DNA from: an uncultured Candidatus Saccharibacteria bacterium
Lineage (GTDB): Bacteria > Patescibacteriota > Saccharimonadia > Saccharimonadales > AWTP1-31
DNA length: 64,000 bases
Direction of reading: 5' to 3'
NCBI GenBank assembly: GCA_964643545.1
Contig: CAZXTE010000001.1
Location: 19,101-83,100 of the forward strand
The notes beneath the pieces are model-generated. The model saw only the letters and a list, made by a program, of their open reading frames with translations. It did not search any database and was not told where the DNA came from. Shown here one piece after another: positions 30,526-40,800 of the stretch. A program made the translations under genes and the position numbers. Within the stretch, counting starts at the first letter, position 1; every line of letters begins with the position of its first letter.

Positions 30526-31904
30526 GCGTGAACGACGGGTTGTGGCAAGCCGTACTTGGTGAGATCGAACTTTCTGTGTCGAGAGCTAGTTTTATTACTT
30601 GGTTCAAAAACACACACCTTGTTCGGTACAAAAAAGGGGTCTTGGTTGTTGGCGTGCCTAATGTTTTTATAAAGAATCAGCTGGAACGCAAGTTTAACCA
30701 ACTGATCGTTGATGCCCTCAAAAACAATGGGGTAACCCCCGACACTATCCAATACAAGGTTTACTCGTCAGGCTTGCAAAGAAAGATTGTGGACGACCCG
30801 ATGGTTATCCAGGCATCACCGCGGGACGACGAGCAAGCAAACCAAACCGGCGGGACGCCACGATCTAGTTCGCTTCGGCATAGTTACCGCCAAGGCCTAA
30901 ACGAACGCTATACGTTCGAAAACTTTATTGTTGGTTCGGGCAACGAACTCGCCTATGCTGCCTGCCAAGCCATAGCCACGAGCCCCGGCACAAAGTACAA
31001 CCCCTTGTTCTTGTATGGTGGTGTTGGTATTGGCAAAACCCACCTTATCCAGGCGGTCGGTAACGCCGTACTAGCCAACAATCCAAAAGCTCACGTTGTC
31101 TATATATCTACCGAGCAGTTTGTCCAAGAATTCTTGGACGCCATCCGCTACAAGAAAAATACCGACTTTGCGGGTTTTTATAGAAGCGCTGATGTGTTGA
31201 TTGTTGATGACATGCAGTTTATTGCCAACAAAGAAAAGACCCAGGAAGAGTTTTTTCACACCTTTAACGCACTCCACCAGGCCAACAAGCAGATCATTAT
31301 TAGCAGCGACAAGCCGCCAAAGGAGATACCCACCTTGGAGGACCGCCTACGATCTCGTTTTGCTTGGGGTATGAGCATTGACATGCAAACTCCGGACTTT
31401 GAGACGCGCTGCGCCATTATCCAAACCAAGGCGATCGTACACAACATCACGTTGCCGCCAGATGTAGTGGAATACCTAGCGACACATATCCAAACAAACA
31501 TCCGCGAACTCGAAGGCGCGCTGAACCAATTGTTGGCCTTTTGCGAGATGCGCGGGCTAGCACCGGACTTACATTTGGCAACCGGCCTTCTTGGAGCAAG
31601 CAAAAACCGTCCGAAACATTTGAATGCTAAGCAAATTGTCGAACGTACCGCTAAGCACTTCCAGGTTTCTTTGGATGATATCTTAGGACCAAAGCGAGAC
31701 AAAGACATTGTGGTGCCCAGGCAAATCGCTATGTATATGCTACGAAGCGAACTCCATTTGAGCTTCCCGAAAATCGCGAAAGAACTTGGTCGAAAAGATC
31801 ACACGACTGCCATCCATTCTGTTGAAAAAATCGAAAAAGAGTCGTCGCTCGATGCGAATATTCGTGCGGCAATTTCCGAAATTAAAGAGCGTTTGTATGC
31901 GTAA
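30526..31904 (+). CDS. dnaA: chromosomal replication initiator DnaA
   Basis: AAA+ Walker A GGVGIGKTHL, Walker B LIVDDMQF and a sensor region are present, with the C-terminal DNA-binding domain HTT..SVEKI. The likely start is GTG at 30526 after AAAGGAGAGGG. The ORF-track start at 30393 adds 44 non-conserved residues. Confidence 0.85.
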
Positions 31905-32159
31905 TACATGTGCACAAGTTGTTCATAGTATAGGCACAACTTTGTATAACTTTGGGGGTTACCCACAGCACAAAATTGGTCAGTTTTTTCACACCTCTTT
32001 GTACACTTTTTGTACTCGATTTGTACGTTGTTTATACACGCAATTTTTTGAAGTTCTAAACAGGCATTTTTATCTGTTAGTTACCGCCTTATACCCACAA
32101 TACACAGGGCTTACTATAACTACTACTACCTATTAATTAATAACAATATAAGGAACCAT
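31905..32159. promoter_or_regulatory. dnaA-dnaN intergenic region, candidate oriC
   Basis: DnaA-box-like 9-mers are TTACCCACA at 31959-31967, TTATACACG at 32032-32040 and TTATACCCACA at 32089-32099. The 3' end near 32120-32159 is AT-rich and is a candidate DNA-unwinding element. Confidence 0.5.
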
Positions 32160-33251
32160 ATGAAGCTCCAAGTAACACAAGAAAACTTATCAAAAGCAGT
32201 CAGCACAGTAGGTCGTGTTGCAAATACAAGAAACACTCTCCCTATACTCTCTAACATTATGTTGAAGACGGTTGGTACACGACTTGCAATCTCTGCAACA
32301 AATTTAGAAATTGGTATAACCCATTACATCGGTTCGAAGGTTGGGGAAAAAGGAAGTATCACCGTACCTGCCCGCCTCATGCAGGATTTTGTAAGTAGCC
32401 TACCAAGTGGTGTTATTGATTTAACACTAGACGAATATAAACTTCACATCACGACTGATAAGTACAACTCAGTGATTAATGGTGTTTCAGCAGAAGAATT
32501 CCCGGTCATGCCAACTATAGAAGGTGGAGAAAAATGGTCACTCCCCTCACATGTTCTAAAACGAGGACTACAACAAATTTTAATAGCCGCGAGTAACGAC
32601 GAAGCAAGACCGGTTTTGACAGGTGTGTACATGCAAACCAACAATGGCAAGTTATTCGCTGCAGCAACAGATAGTTATCGTCTTGCTGAAAAAAACCTGG
32701 GCAAAACAACCGAAAAAGTAAACCTACTTATACCGGCATCTTCCCTGCAAGACCTACTACGAATCCTACCCGATGGTGAAGAATTGGTTGAAATAACAAA
32801 CGATGACCAGCAAATTTTGTTTAAAGTCGGTGAAGTTGAGTTGGTAACCAGGCTTATAGAGGGTGTATACCCGGACTACCAAAAACTTATCCCAAAGACA
32901 TTTGCGAACACTGCAAAAATAAGTAAGACTGACCTCGTAAACATCACAAAAGTTTCTAGTCTGTTTGCTCGAGAAAGTGCCGGCAGTGTAACTGTGCAAC
33001 TAGACGATACACAGAAGCAGATTAGTATACGAGCGGTCGCTTCACAATTGGGCGAGAACACTGCTACCGCTGATGCTGACGTAGTTGGTGACGGTGGTAT
33101 AACGCTGAACAGTAAGTATATATTGGACGCACTTGCTGTTATGAGTAGTGACACAGTCGAACTGTGTTTTAACGGCAAACTAGAACCTTGTGTGCTGCGA
33201 GAATCCGACAAGAACGACTACACGCACGTCATTATGCCATTAAAGAGCTGA
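32160..33251 (+). CDS. dnaN: DNA polymerase III beta subunit (sliding clamp)
   Basis: 363 aa. It begins MKLQVTQENLSKAV, has a three-domain clamp architecture, and follows dnaA. Confidence 0.9.
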   Translation: MKLQVTQENLSKAVSTVGRVANTRNTLPILSNIMLKTVGTRLAISATNLEIGITHYIGSKVGEKGSITVPARLMQDFVSSLPSGVIDLTLDEYKLHITTDKYNSVINGVSAEEFPVMPTIEGGEKWSLPSHVLKRGLQQILIAASNDEARPVLTGVYMQTNNGKLFAAATDSYRLAEKNLGKTTEKVNLLIPASSLQDLLRILPDGEELVEITNDDQQILFKVGEVELVTRLIEGVYPDYQKLIPKTFANTAKISKTDLVNITKVSSLFARESAGSVTVQLDDTQKQISIRAVASQLGENTATADADVVGDGGITLNSKYILDALAVMSSDTVELCFNGKLEPCVLRESDKNDYTHVIMPLKS

Positions 33252-33281
33252 GGGAGGCCCTACGATGGCCTACAATACTAG

Positions 33282-34355
33282 GTGATGGCAATCGTTAGTC
33301 TGCAACTAGAAAACTTTCGTACATACTACCGGGATAGTTTCGAATTCTCGGAAGGGGTTAGTATTATTGTTGGTCCAAATGCCAGCGGTAAAACCAATCT
33401 TCTGGAAGCTATACTACTGCTCTGTGAAGGCCAATCGTTTCGCGCCAAAGATCACGAACTTATTAGCCACGAAAAAGACTATGCCCGAATTGAAGGTTTG
33501 GTGGGTATAGATAAGCGCATTGTTTTGATAGAGCACGATGGGATAGAGCGAAGCACAAAAACACACCAGATAAACACCCAAAACCTAAAACGTTTACCAC
33601 CAGCAAAACGAGTGCCGGTGGTGCTGTTCGAGCCGGAAATTTTACAGCTTTTCCAGGGTGGACCCGAAAAACGAAGAGAGTATATAGATAGTCTGATTAG
33701 CCGGACTACCCCAGGATTCAACACAATACTGCGTCAGTACAGGCGGGTCTTAAGCCAACGAAACGCGTTGCTAAAAAGGCAGCAAGCACCAAAGCAGGAA
33801 GAGTTCTTTGCCTGGGATGTCCGACTAAGTGAATTGGGTGGTCAGATTGCCACTGCGCGCAATCAGCTCATCGACAATCTCAACAGCTCAATAAATGAGG
33901 AGTATCAGAAGATAGCTAGCAAGAACAATAATGTGAGCCTTGAGTATCTCTCTAAAATATCGTCATTGTCGTATAACACCAAAATGCTCCACATGCTCGA
34001 GCAGGTATTCCAAACCGATCGGGAACGGGGGTATACAAGTGTCGGGCCTCACAGAGACGACTTGCAAGTGCTTTTTGATGGTAAAGATGCGAAACAGGTA
34101 GCCTCCCGCGGCGAGATGAGATCATTGGTGTTAACACTAAAGATACTTGAGCTAAAGATCGTAGAAGAGGCAGCCCAAAAGCAACCAATACTACTACTCG
34201 ACGATGTGTTTAGCGAACTTGATGGTGCTCGCCGCAAGGCCCTGACAGAATCAATACAACAATACCAAACCTTTATTACGACCACAGACGCAGACCTAAT
34301 CGTGAAGTATTTTATTGGAGCCTGCGAAATAATCCCCACTAACAGAGCAGTCTAA
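33282..34355 (+). CDS. recF: DNA replication and repair protein RecF
   Basis: Walker A GPNASGKTN and the SMC-like signature LSGGE-equivalent region are present, with a Walker B LLLDDV. It sits in the dnaA-dnaN-recF synteny. Confidence 0.85.
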   Translation: MMAIVSLQLENFRTYYRDSFEFSEGVSIIVGPNASGKTNLLEAILLLCEGQSFRAKDHELISHEKDYARIEGLVGIDKRIVLIEHDGIERSTKTHQINTQNLKRLPPAKRVPVVLFEPEILQLFQGGPEKRREYIDSLISRTTPGFNTILRQYRRVLSQRNALLKRQQAPKQEEFFAWDVRLSELGGQIATARNQLIDNLNSSINEEYQKIASKNNNVSLEYLSKISSLSYNTKMLHMLEQVFQTDRERGYTSVGPHRDDLQVLFDGKDAKQVASRGEMRSLVLTLKILELKIVEEAAQKQPILLLDDVFSELDGARRKALTESIQQYQTFITTTDADLIVKYFIGACEIIPTNRAV

Positions 34356-34987
34356 CGGTTGTTTATATTCCGTATGACTGACTCGGGAACTTTTGGAAAC
34401 TCTTTGATGTACAGAATGATCGTTGGACCTGCGGCAATTGACCAGGTGTTACCACTCTTCTTTAGAACAACCAACAAGATATCATCTTGTTCTGGGTCTA
34501 GCGGGAGGAGCTTCCCGGCATACCAGTCACCTCGCAGATAAAGCTTCCCATCGGAAATAGTGTATTTTGAGATATCATCGAAGTCGCTACGTATAACAGA
34601 CTCCACTGCAGACTTTTGAGGAACGAGCATTTCTTGCAAACGACTGTCGCTATACGAAAGTTCGGGGGTTTGAACGGTAGTTTTAGAGCTAATATTCAGT
34701 TGCTTGGATTCTGTTTTATACACACCACCACTAAAGACTGCGTTGTAATATCCTTTGGAGACTCTGACCGTTGTTTTCTCCTGAGTACGTACGATCTCTT
34801 TGGTGCTGGCTGGGTAGTTGGTGCCAGACTGGGTTAGTGTAATGGTTGTCCCTTGCTCTGGGATCAGAGTGACGCGCTTAAGGCCAAAGAAATATCGAAA
34901 ACCAAACCAGGCAACAAGCCCAAAAACCAACACAATAGCACCGAACGTTACCAGGCGCTTAATTTGAATTCGGGGTGGCTCTTCCAT
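34352..34987 (-). CDS. bitopic membrane protein (N-terminal TM, ~180-aa external domain), candidate VirB8-like T4SS subunit
   Basis: A single N-terminal TM (LVTFGAIVLVFGLVAWFGF) is followed by a soluble domain. It is the last gene of the long minus-strand T4SS-like operon. The VirB8 assignment rests on topology only. Confidence 0.4.
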   Translation of the reverse strand: MEEPPRIQIKRLVTFGAIVLVFGLVAWFGFRYFFGLKRVTLIPEQGTTITLTQSGTNYPASTKEIVRTQEKTTVRVSKGYYNAVFSGGVYKTESKQLNISSKTTVQTPELSYSDSRLQEMLVPQKSAVESVIRSDFDDISKYTISDGKLYLRGDWYAGKLLPLDPEQDDILLVVLKKSGNTWSIAAGPTIILYIKEFPKVPESVIRNINNR

Positions 34988-34988
34988 G

Positions 34989-35387
34989 TTAGTCTCCTGA
35001 CTGAAGGTCTCTAAATATTATTTCCAAATCACTAGGGTCATAACCTTGGGAGCGTATCCAGGTTAGTGCTTCTTGCCTGGCCTGTGGATCGGGGGCTTTA
35101 ATGAGAAGCGCTACCGAATCGTTACTGTCGGGTGAGACCAATGACTTCCCGTAATCTATACGGAAGTAGAGGCCGAGTGCAGGGAGTTTATCTACGATGC
35201 TGCTTTTTGCACGGACTGCCGCATCTTTTTCTTGGTAAGACGTACCACCTGCTCTTTCTTTTTCTTGGGTGCTTTTTGTATTGTTTGTTTGGGTCCTTGT
35301 CGTCACCCCAAGAATAAGTAGCCCGAACATGACGATGCCAATAAGTACGGCTATGACAATGATTTTGCTGCGTGGGTTTTCCTGCAT
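34989..35387 (-). CDS. small bitopic membrane protein
   Basis: 132 aa with an N-terminal TM (IIVIAVLIGIVMFGLLILGV). It sits in the operon 1 nt from its neighbour. Confidence 0.45.
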   Translation of the reverse strand: MQENPRSKIIVIAVLIGIVMFGLLILGVTTRTQTNNTKSTQEKERAGGTSYQEKDAAVRAKSSIVDKLPALGLYFRIDYGKSLVSPDSNDSVALLIKAPDPQARQEALTWIRSQGYDPSDLEIIFRDLQSGD

Positions 35388-35400
35388 TACTTCGTCTCCC

Positions 35401-37863
35401 TTATTTAATTCTCGCTACCGAGAAGTGATGGCCACGATCTTCCAGGTAGGCGTTACCAGCTTGTGGCGCCTGGGAGCCGAGTGAAGCCTGGCGCATGTTA
35501 TACGTGCCTCCCTGTGTCCCGACGTAGATGAATGTGTGTCCCTGGTCACCCGCTGCATAGATCAGTATGTCACCCGGCAACAGCTTGCTTGTGTCGTTTA
35601 TATCGTCAAAAACGGTGTACTTTTCGGGATGACTTCGGAGATACTCAAGTTGTGTTCCGGTGTCGACTTTCGGGTAACTCGTGTCCACCCCGCTACTGAG
35701 CATAACCGTAGCCACAAACCCACCACAGTCAGTTACGTCGGGTGTCGGATTGAATTGTTTCTTGGTATCGAGGAATTTTTGTGTTGCCGTTGCCCCATGG
35801 CCTTTGTCCGGCCACGCGAGGCTTATTGCGGTAGCCACAACATCACCCGCAACAGCAGCATTCCCCCCGGCATCAGGAGACCCTGTGCAGGTACCTGCAC
35901 TAGACCCACCACCACCCCCAACATAGTCTGCACCAATTGCAACCTTGTCGTAGTCACCCTCAGTGTCGCCAGGCCAAGCGATTTGTGGGGCGCCCGGTTT
36001 CTCATCGAGGCCGCCTAAATAGGCAAAGATAGCTCCCGCCCCCATGCGTCCGCTGTTGTCCAAGCCGTAATTACCGTATCCATAGGCGGCAGAGCCCAGA
36101 TATGCACTCCAGGTATTGAGCCATTCGTTGGCCCCAAAAGTTCCATCCTGAATGGCTGCAATAACCTCGGCACCAGTCTTCTGTGGGTTTCTTCTTGTTG
36201 CATGAAGGATAAGAACCCAGGTCGAGTAGTCGATATCTTGCACATTAGACCCATAACCACGTCTAGCTGGGGCACGTCCAGGGACTTGCTCGGGAGTATC
36301 AAAGAATCCGGGCACGCCCACATCGGCGGAATGCCACTTGTACTGCTTGCCGCCCAACTCAGCAGCAGTCGGAAGCTTCCGGCCATTAATCATAGATTGT
36401 TCTGGGTTCGAACTGCCTTCACGCCAGTGCGTTGCTGCTAGTGCCTGCCACGGCACGCCCCAACGCGCCCCAATAGACTTGTAGACAGGGATCTCCCTCA
36501 CGATATCACTTTTTATAAGTGCATCGAGTTTTGACTCTAACCCCTTGCCTTTAATCATTACATTATCGGGGTAGGTCTTGTAGCTGGCGTCAGCGGGTGT
36601 CCCTGGGTTACCGCCACCCCCGCCAGGAGCTGGCGCCCCGGGTTGGCGGATTGCATTAATACGATCCAAAGACTGCTGGATGCGCTGATTCGTTATTTTT
36701 CCTGCCTTATAGTCGGATTCAAGCCGGTCAAGCACCTTCCCAACCGATGATTCATTCACAAAAACAGCCATGTCTGCGCCTGCCGCGATCGCCATAGACG
36801 TTGCCTCCTCTACGCCGTATTTAGACTTAATGGCTTCCATGGTGCCTATGTCGTCTGTCATTGCGACACCGTTAAAGCCGTATTTATCGCGCAATAGTTT
36901 ATAGGTCTCGGGGCTCAAACTCGTTGGTATGCCACCAGTTGTTAGTCCGGGCACATTAAGGTGGCCCAGCATAACAGCAGACCTCGGGTTCTTTAGTAGT
37001 TTTTCGTAAGGCTTTAAATCCCTACCCTCCAGAGTTGCTAAGTCACTGGTTGTCACAACCTGTTTGTGCGAATCGCCATTGGCATAACCATGACCTGGGA
37101 AGTGCTTAAACACGGGCGTAAGGTTGCCTTGGCGGAGTCCTTCGGCAAACGCGCCAGACTTTTTTTCTACAACCGCAGGATCTTTCGAGAATGCCCTGTC
37201 CAAGGGGCTAATAACGGCAGAGCCACCATCGAGGTCTGCCACAGGCGCAAAATCCATGGTTAGTCCAACGGCTGCAAGCTTGTCCGCTTGGCCCTTCGCA
37301 ATGCTCTGAACTTCTGTGTCTGTTTTCGTACCCATTTCCCGAGCACTGGGCACAACGCCGAGCGGACGAAAGCGCTGTACTTTACCGCCTTCTTCGTCGG
37401 CAGCCACCAACATGGGTACAGGACCGGCTTTGAACTTATCGATCCACGTTTTATCTTTCTGCTCAAATTGTCGTCCCATCAAGAAGACTCCCCCCACATG
37501 GCTATCAATCAAGGCTTGAGCTTCTGACTCATTTGTCACAGAGACCATCAACAGTTGGGCGAGCTTCCCGCGGATGCCCCACTCAGCTGGAATTTCATAG
37601 CTGGCGCCAGTTGTTGGGCCTGTTGTTTCGCACTTCTCTTTGGCGTAGTTTGTCTTGTGGTGTTCCGTGTTTAGGAGGATGTGGTACAGATCGTCCTCGG
37701 GTATTTTTGCAGCCATTCCAAGTGGGATGATTGCTTGGAAATACAGCATGGTGAGAATGAACGACGCGCAAAAGAGGCGGAACAGGTGCTTTTTCTTCAC
37801 TATAGACATAGACATAGGCATGGTGTTATTAGCTCCCAGTATGAGACCAATGCCATGGCTCAT
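35401..37863 (-). CDS. secreted multi-domain peptidoglycan hydrolase: GH3 beta-N-acetylhexosaminidase (NagZ-like) plus C-terminal CHAP/NlpC-P60-like domain
   Basis: The KHFPGHGYANGDSH motif is a GH3 hallmark. A Gly/Pro linker (PGGGGGNPGTP) follows, then a middle domain, then C-terminal Cys (DCGGFVATVM) and His (GHTFIYVG) papain-like motifs. It has an N-terminal signal anchor. The real start may be an internal Met at 37821, 37815 or 37809, which would remove the 35-nt overlap. Confidence 0.7.
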   Translation of the reverse strand: MSHGIGLILGANNTMPMSMSIVKKKHLFRLFCASFILTMLYFQAIIPLGMAAKIPEDDLYHILLNTEHHKTNYAKEKCETTGPTTGASYEIPAEWGIRGKLAQLLMVSVTNESEAQALIDSHVGGVFLMGRQFEQKDKTWIDKFKAGPVPMLVAADEEGGKVQRFRPLGVVPSAREMGTKTDTEVQSIAKGQADKLAAVGLTMDFAPVADLDGGSAVISPLDRAFSKDPAVVEKKSGAFAEGLRQGNLTPVFKHFPGHGYANGDSHKQVVTTSDLATLEGRDLKPYEKLLKNPRSAVMLGHLNVPGLTTGGIPTSLSPETYKLLRDKYGFNGVAMTDDIGTMEAIKSKYGVEEATSMAIAAGADMAVFVNESSVGKVLDRLESDYKAGKITNQRIQQSLDRINAIRQPGAPAPGGGGGNPGTPADASYKTYPDNVMIKGKGLESKLDALIKSDIVREIPVYKSIGARWGVPWQALAATHWREGSSNPEQSMINGRKLPTAAELGGKQYKWHSADVGVPGFFDTPEQVPGRAPARRGYGSNVQDIDYSTWVLILHATRRNPQKTGAEVIAAIQDGTFGANEWLNTWSAYLGSAAYGYGNYGLDNSGRMGAGAIFAYLGGLDEKPGAPQIAWPGDTEGDYDKVAIGADYVGGGGGSSAGTCTGSPDAGGNAAVAGDVVATAISLAWPDKGHGATATQKFLDTKKQFNPTPDVTDCGGFVATVMLSSGVDTSYPKVDTGTQLEYLRSHPEKYTVFDDINDTSKLLPGDILIYAAGDQGHTFIYVGTQGGTYNMRQASLGSQAPQAGNAYLEDRGHHFSVARIK

Positions 37864-40800
37864 TCCAGTACTGCTTTAGATTATACTTTCCGGCGTTATC
37901 TATGAGCCAGTCCCACATCGGCATGCCGGGGGCAACACGAGGGTTGCTGGGGCTAGCTTTCCCACCATTTTTTGTGCCAAACTCCTCAGGGTGACCAACT
38001 CGAGTAAGCGCAAAATCTACGGCATCACCAGACTGATGTCTAGATGTTCCAGGCTTTGCGACATCGGAGTAGACGCCGTTAGGGCACTTATCATCTTTTG
38101 CGCACAGCTCTTGTTGGTGCTTCATGGTGCGAAAACTACTGGAGGCTTTGGGTGAGACGCCATCGCTCTTCATGGCGTTAAACATGTTCACCCAATCATT
38201 TGATTTGTCTGCTGCCACGAGTACGTTACCATCTGCCCCATTTACGTAATATTGACTACGCGGATTACTCTCCTCGCTTGAACTTGGGAAGCCAAGGATC
38301 GCACACAGGGTTATCTTCTTTAGAACGCCACCTTCATACCCATCGGCAAGCCCCACGTTCTTGGTGCCACTTGCACAGGTTCCGTCGCCCGTACCTCCCG
38401 TAGAGGCGGGGGGTGGTCCAAGACTCGCCACAAGAAAGTCGCTCTTTGCCAGGTATCCTGCAGCAGTATGGTGAATTTTATCTGGCGCAAACGGATACTT
38501 AGCTGGATTTTTAGCCACCTCGGCACGCCAGTCAATGGGTGTATATTTCAGGGCAGCCGCCTGGCTCGAAACTGCCGCCGCGACAGCATCGTAATTGGAA
38601 ATTTGGGTTTTTGCATTCATCCAGAATATCTTCGCCGAGGGGTTGTATTCGTGGATTTTGTCGACCATGAGTTTTATTTTGCTCGCGAACTGGGGGCTGT
38701 CTGGTCCTGGGTTTGTGCCCAGCATGACCGCTATTGTCCCGGCACGGCTAACTTCGTTTCTATCGAGGTCGATCTTTTCTAGAGATCGGTCAACGTCTAT
38801 ACCGTCGGTTGCCTGGACCTTGGTAACTTCCCACCCAGCAGTTTGCAGCTTGTTCGTTAATGAGCCTAAGTCTTTCATGCCGTTTGTCAACGAGTCGCCA
38901 ACGACGTAGACTGCATTATTGCCACCCCCACTATTTGAACCTCCGCCCCCGCTGGTGGTTTCAGATTCATAATCTTCCGGGTCGAGCACATCAGTTGTAT
39001 ATCGGCCACCAGCTGCCGCCACAGCCTTCTTATTTAGCAAGCAAGGGTTTTCCTTGGTGTGCACGTCGGTGCCCGTCTCCTTGTCCTCTATAAGCGTACC
39101 TGCAAATTCACCGCGCCCATTCGCCCAGTCTTTATCCATCTTTTCACAGACGGCGTCGGTAAGCGTGTCTGGGTCAACATCAAGTGCTGACGAATTCTTT
39201 GGAAAGCCATATTGGACGACACCAAATGGGTCAGGCTTTGCATCTGCTGCAAAGGTCTTTTTGGTGGCAAGTAAACTGCCAAAACTTTTTGACAGGCTTG
39301 TGAATGGATTTGCGAGAAGACCGGTGACGCCTGTATTGGCGGTTCTAGTCACACTGCTGGGTGTAGCCATCGCCATTTGGCTGACAAGTGATTTTGGACT
39401 CTCTGTGCTGAACATACGAGCAAAGAATGGTTGACGTTGGAATTCCTCGTTGCGCTGATTCTCTTGGTCGGCGCGAATCTCGGCTACCTGGGCGTCGGTG
39501 AGGCGTATGCCCCCCAGGCCATAGTGTGCATCATTATTCCCTGCTACATCGGCACCGCCTGCGAGCATATCGAATGTGCGGGCCCCGCTCATGTCTGCAG
39601 ACACTGGTGACGGGATTAGCCACTTCGCAATTGTTTCGAATATCTTGCCGATTTGTTCCTCAATCATCTTCTTTAGGTCAGCGTATTGAGGAAAGATCTT
39701 GCTAATTGCTGCCTCGACAGCACCTACGCCCAGATCAATGAGCTTATTGATCAAGTTAAGGATTTGTCCGATTGTGGCGTTCCATGCATCTGCCGTCTGC
39801 CCGAGCAGACTAAGTGGGGGTTGATTAAAGATGTCAGATATTTTCTGGATGACCCCATTGGTAAGCAGACTTTCCTCTGGGCAAATAAGCTTACCGGTGT
39901 CTGGCTTATTCTTATCGTCACATGTGTATTTTGGCTCTGACGCAGTGCTGCCCGTTTCTGCTGCGTATGCTTTTTGCGGCGACAGGACATCCAAAAAGGA
40001 GCTTTTTTGTATTGGTTCGCCTAGGATGTCCCCGTAGAGTGGTGCTAATTCAGCGGGTTGATTTTTGTGGTCTTTATCACCGGCGCTGTCACCCACACCA
40101 TTCGTCATGCTACCGAGCAACTCGACGTTACAATGCATGCCTTTGCACTCGTCTGCAGTTGTTCTATACAGCATGTAGGTTGCCACCATTTGCGTGCCAA
40201 TAATTTCGTATTTCCAGCGTTTCAATGCCGGCCCAGCTGACTTAGCTTTCGCGGTAATTCTGGCTGCTAGGTCAATCCAGCCAATAACAGGCAAGCCTTT
40301 CGAGGCGGCTGACCCTGCAGCCTCTCCGGCAATCTTCGCAACAACCTCTTCAACAATAAAAGCAGTTAAGCTCTTGTCTGCGAGTTTAATTGTCTTCTCA
40401 ACAATTTTTTCTACGGTCTCCTCGGTGAATTCTTTGCCAGACTTCTCAAGTGCCTCACGAATTTGTTTCTCTATTTTGTCTCTCCTCACTCCGTCATTGT
40501 CAGCTTCACCCTTCGATGCTTTGTCCGAATCACAGGCAGGATCGATGATACACTCTAATACAAAACCCAGATGTTGAGTGTAGGGTATGATGACCCGGCG
40601 ATTAATGACGAGCCTGAAGGCTCCCTTCTTTTTGTCTTTCCAGTCGTCTATGCGATCTTTTGATTTGCACGCAAAAACACACCTCCGGATGCCGTATTTT
40701 TCTTCCAGAAGTCGCCCCACCTTGAATCGGTACATAACACGCTTCCACAATGTCTCTTCTTTGAAAGACTCACGTACTTTTATGCGAACATCATTTCTGC

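Noticed and set aside
31256-31708. 150-aa antisense ORF within dnaA
   Set aside because: It overlaps the AAA+ core of dnaA on the opposite strand and is not plausible.
35536-36441. Several 60-160 aa ORFs on both strands inside the 820-aa GH3-CHAP gene (35536-36018+, 35681-35926+, 36015-36386-, 36202-36441+)
   Set aside because: They are embedded in a large ORF with recognisable GH3 motifs. They are artefacts of the locally high GC content, which gives long open reverse frames.
36560-36640. Gly/Pro-rich low-complexity stretch (GAPAPGGGGGNPGTP) in the GH3-CHAP protein and GGGGGG runs in 50447-51433 and 37829-41575
   Set aside because: These are interpreted as flexible inter-domain linkers in secreted proteins. 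They are not separate features and not collagen-like repeats.
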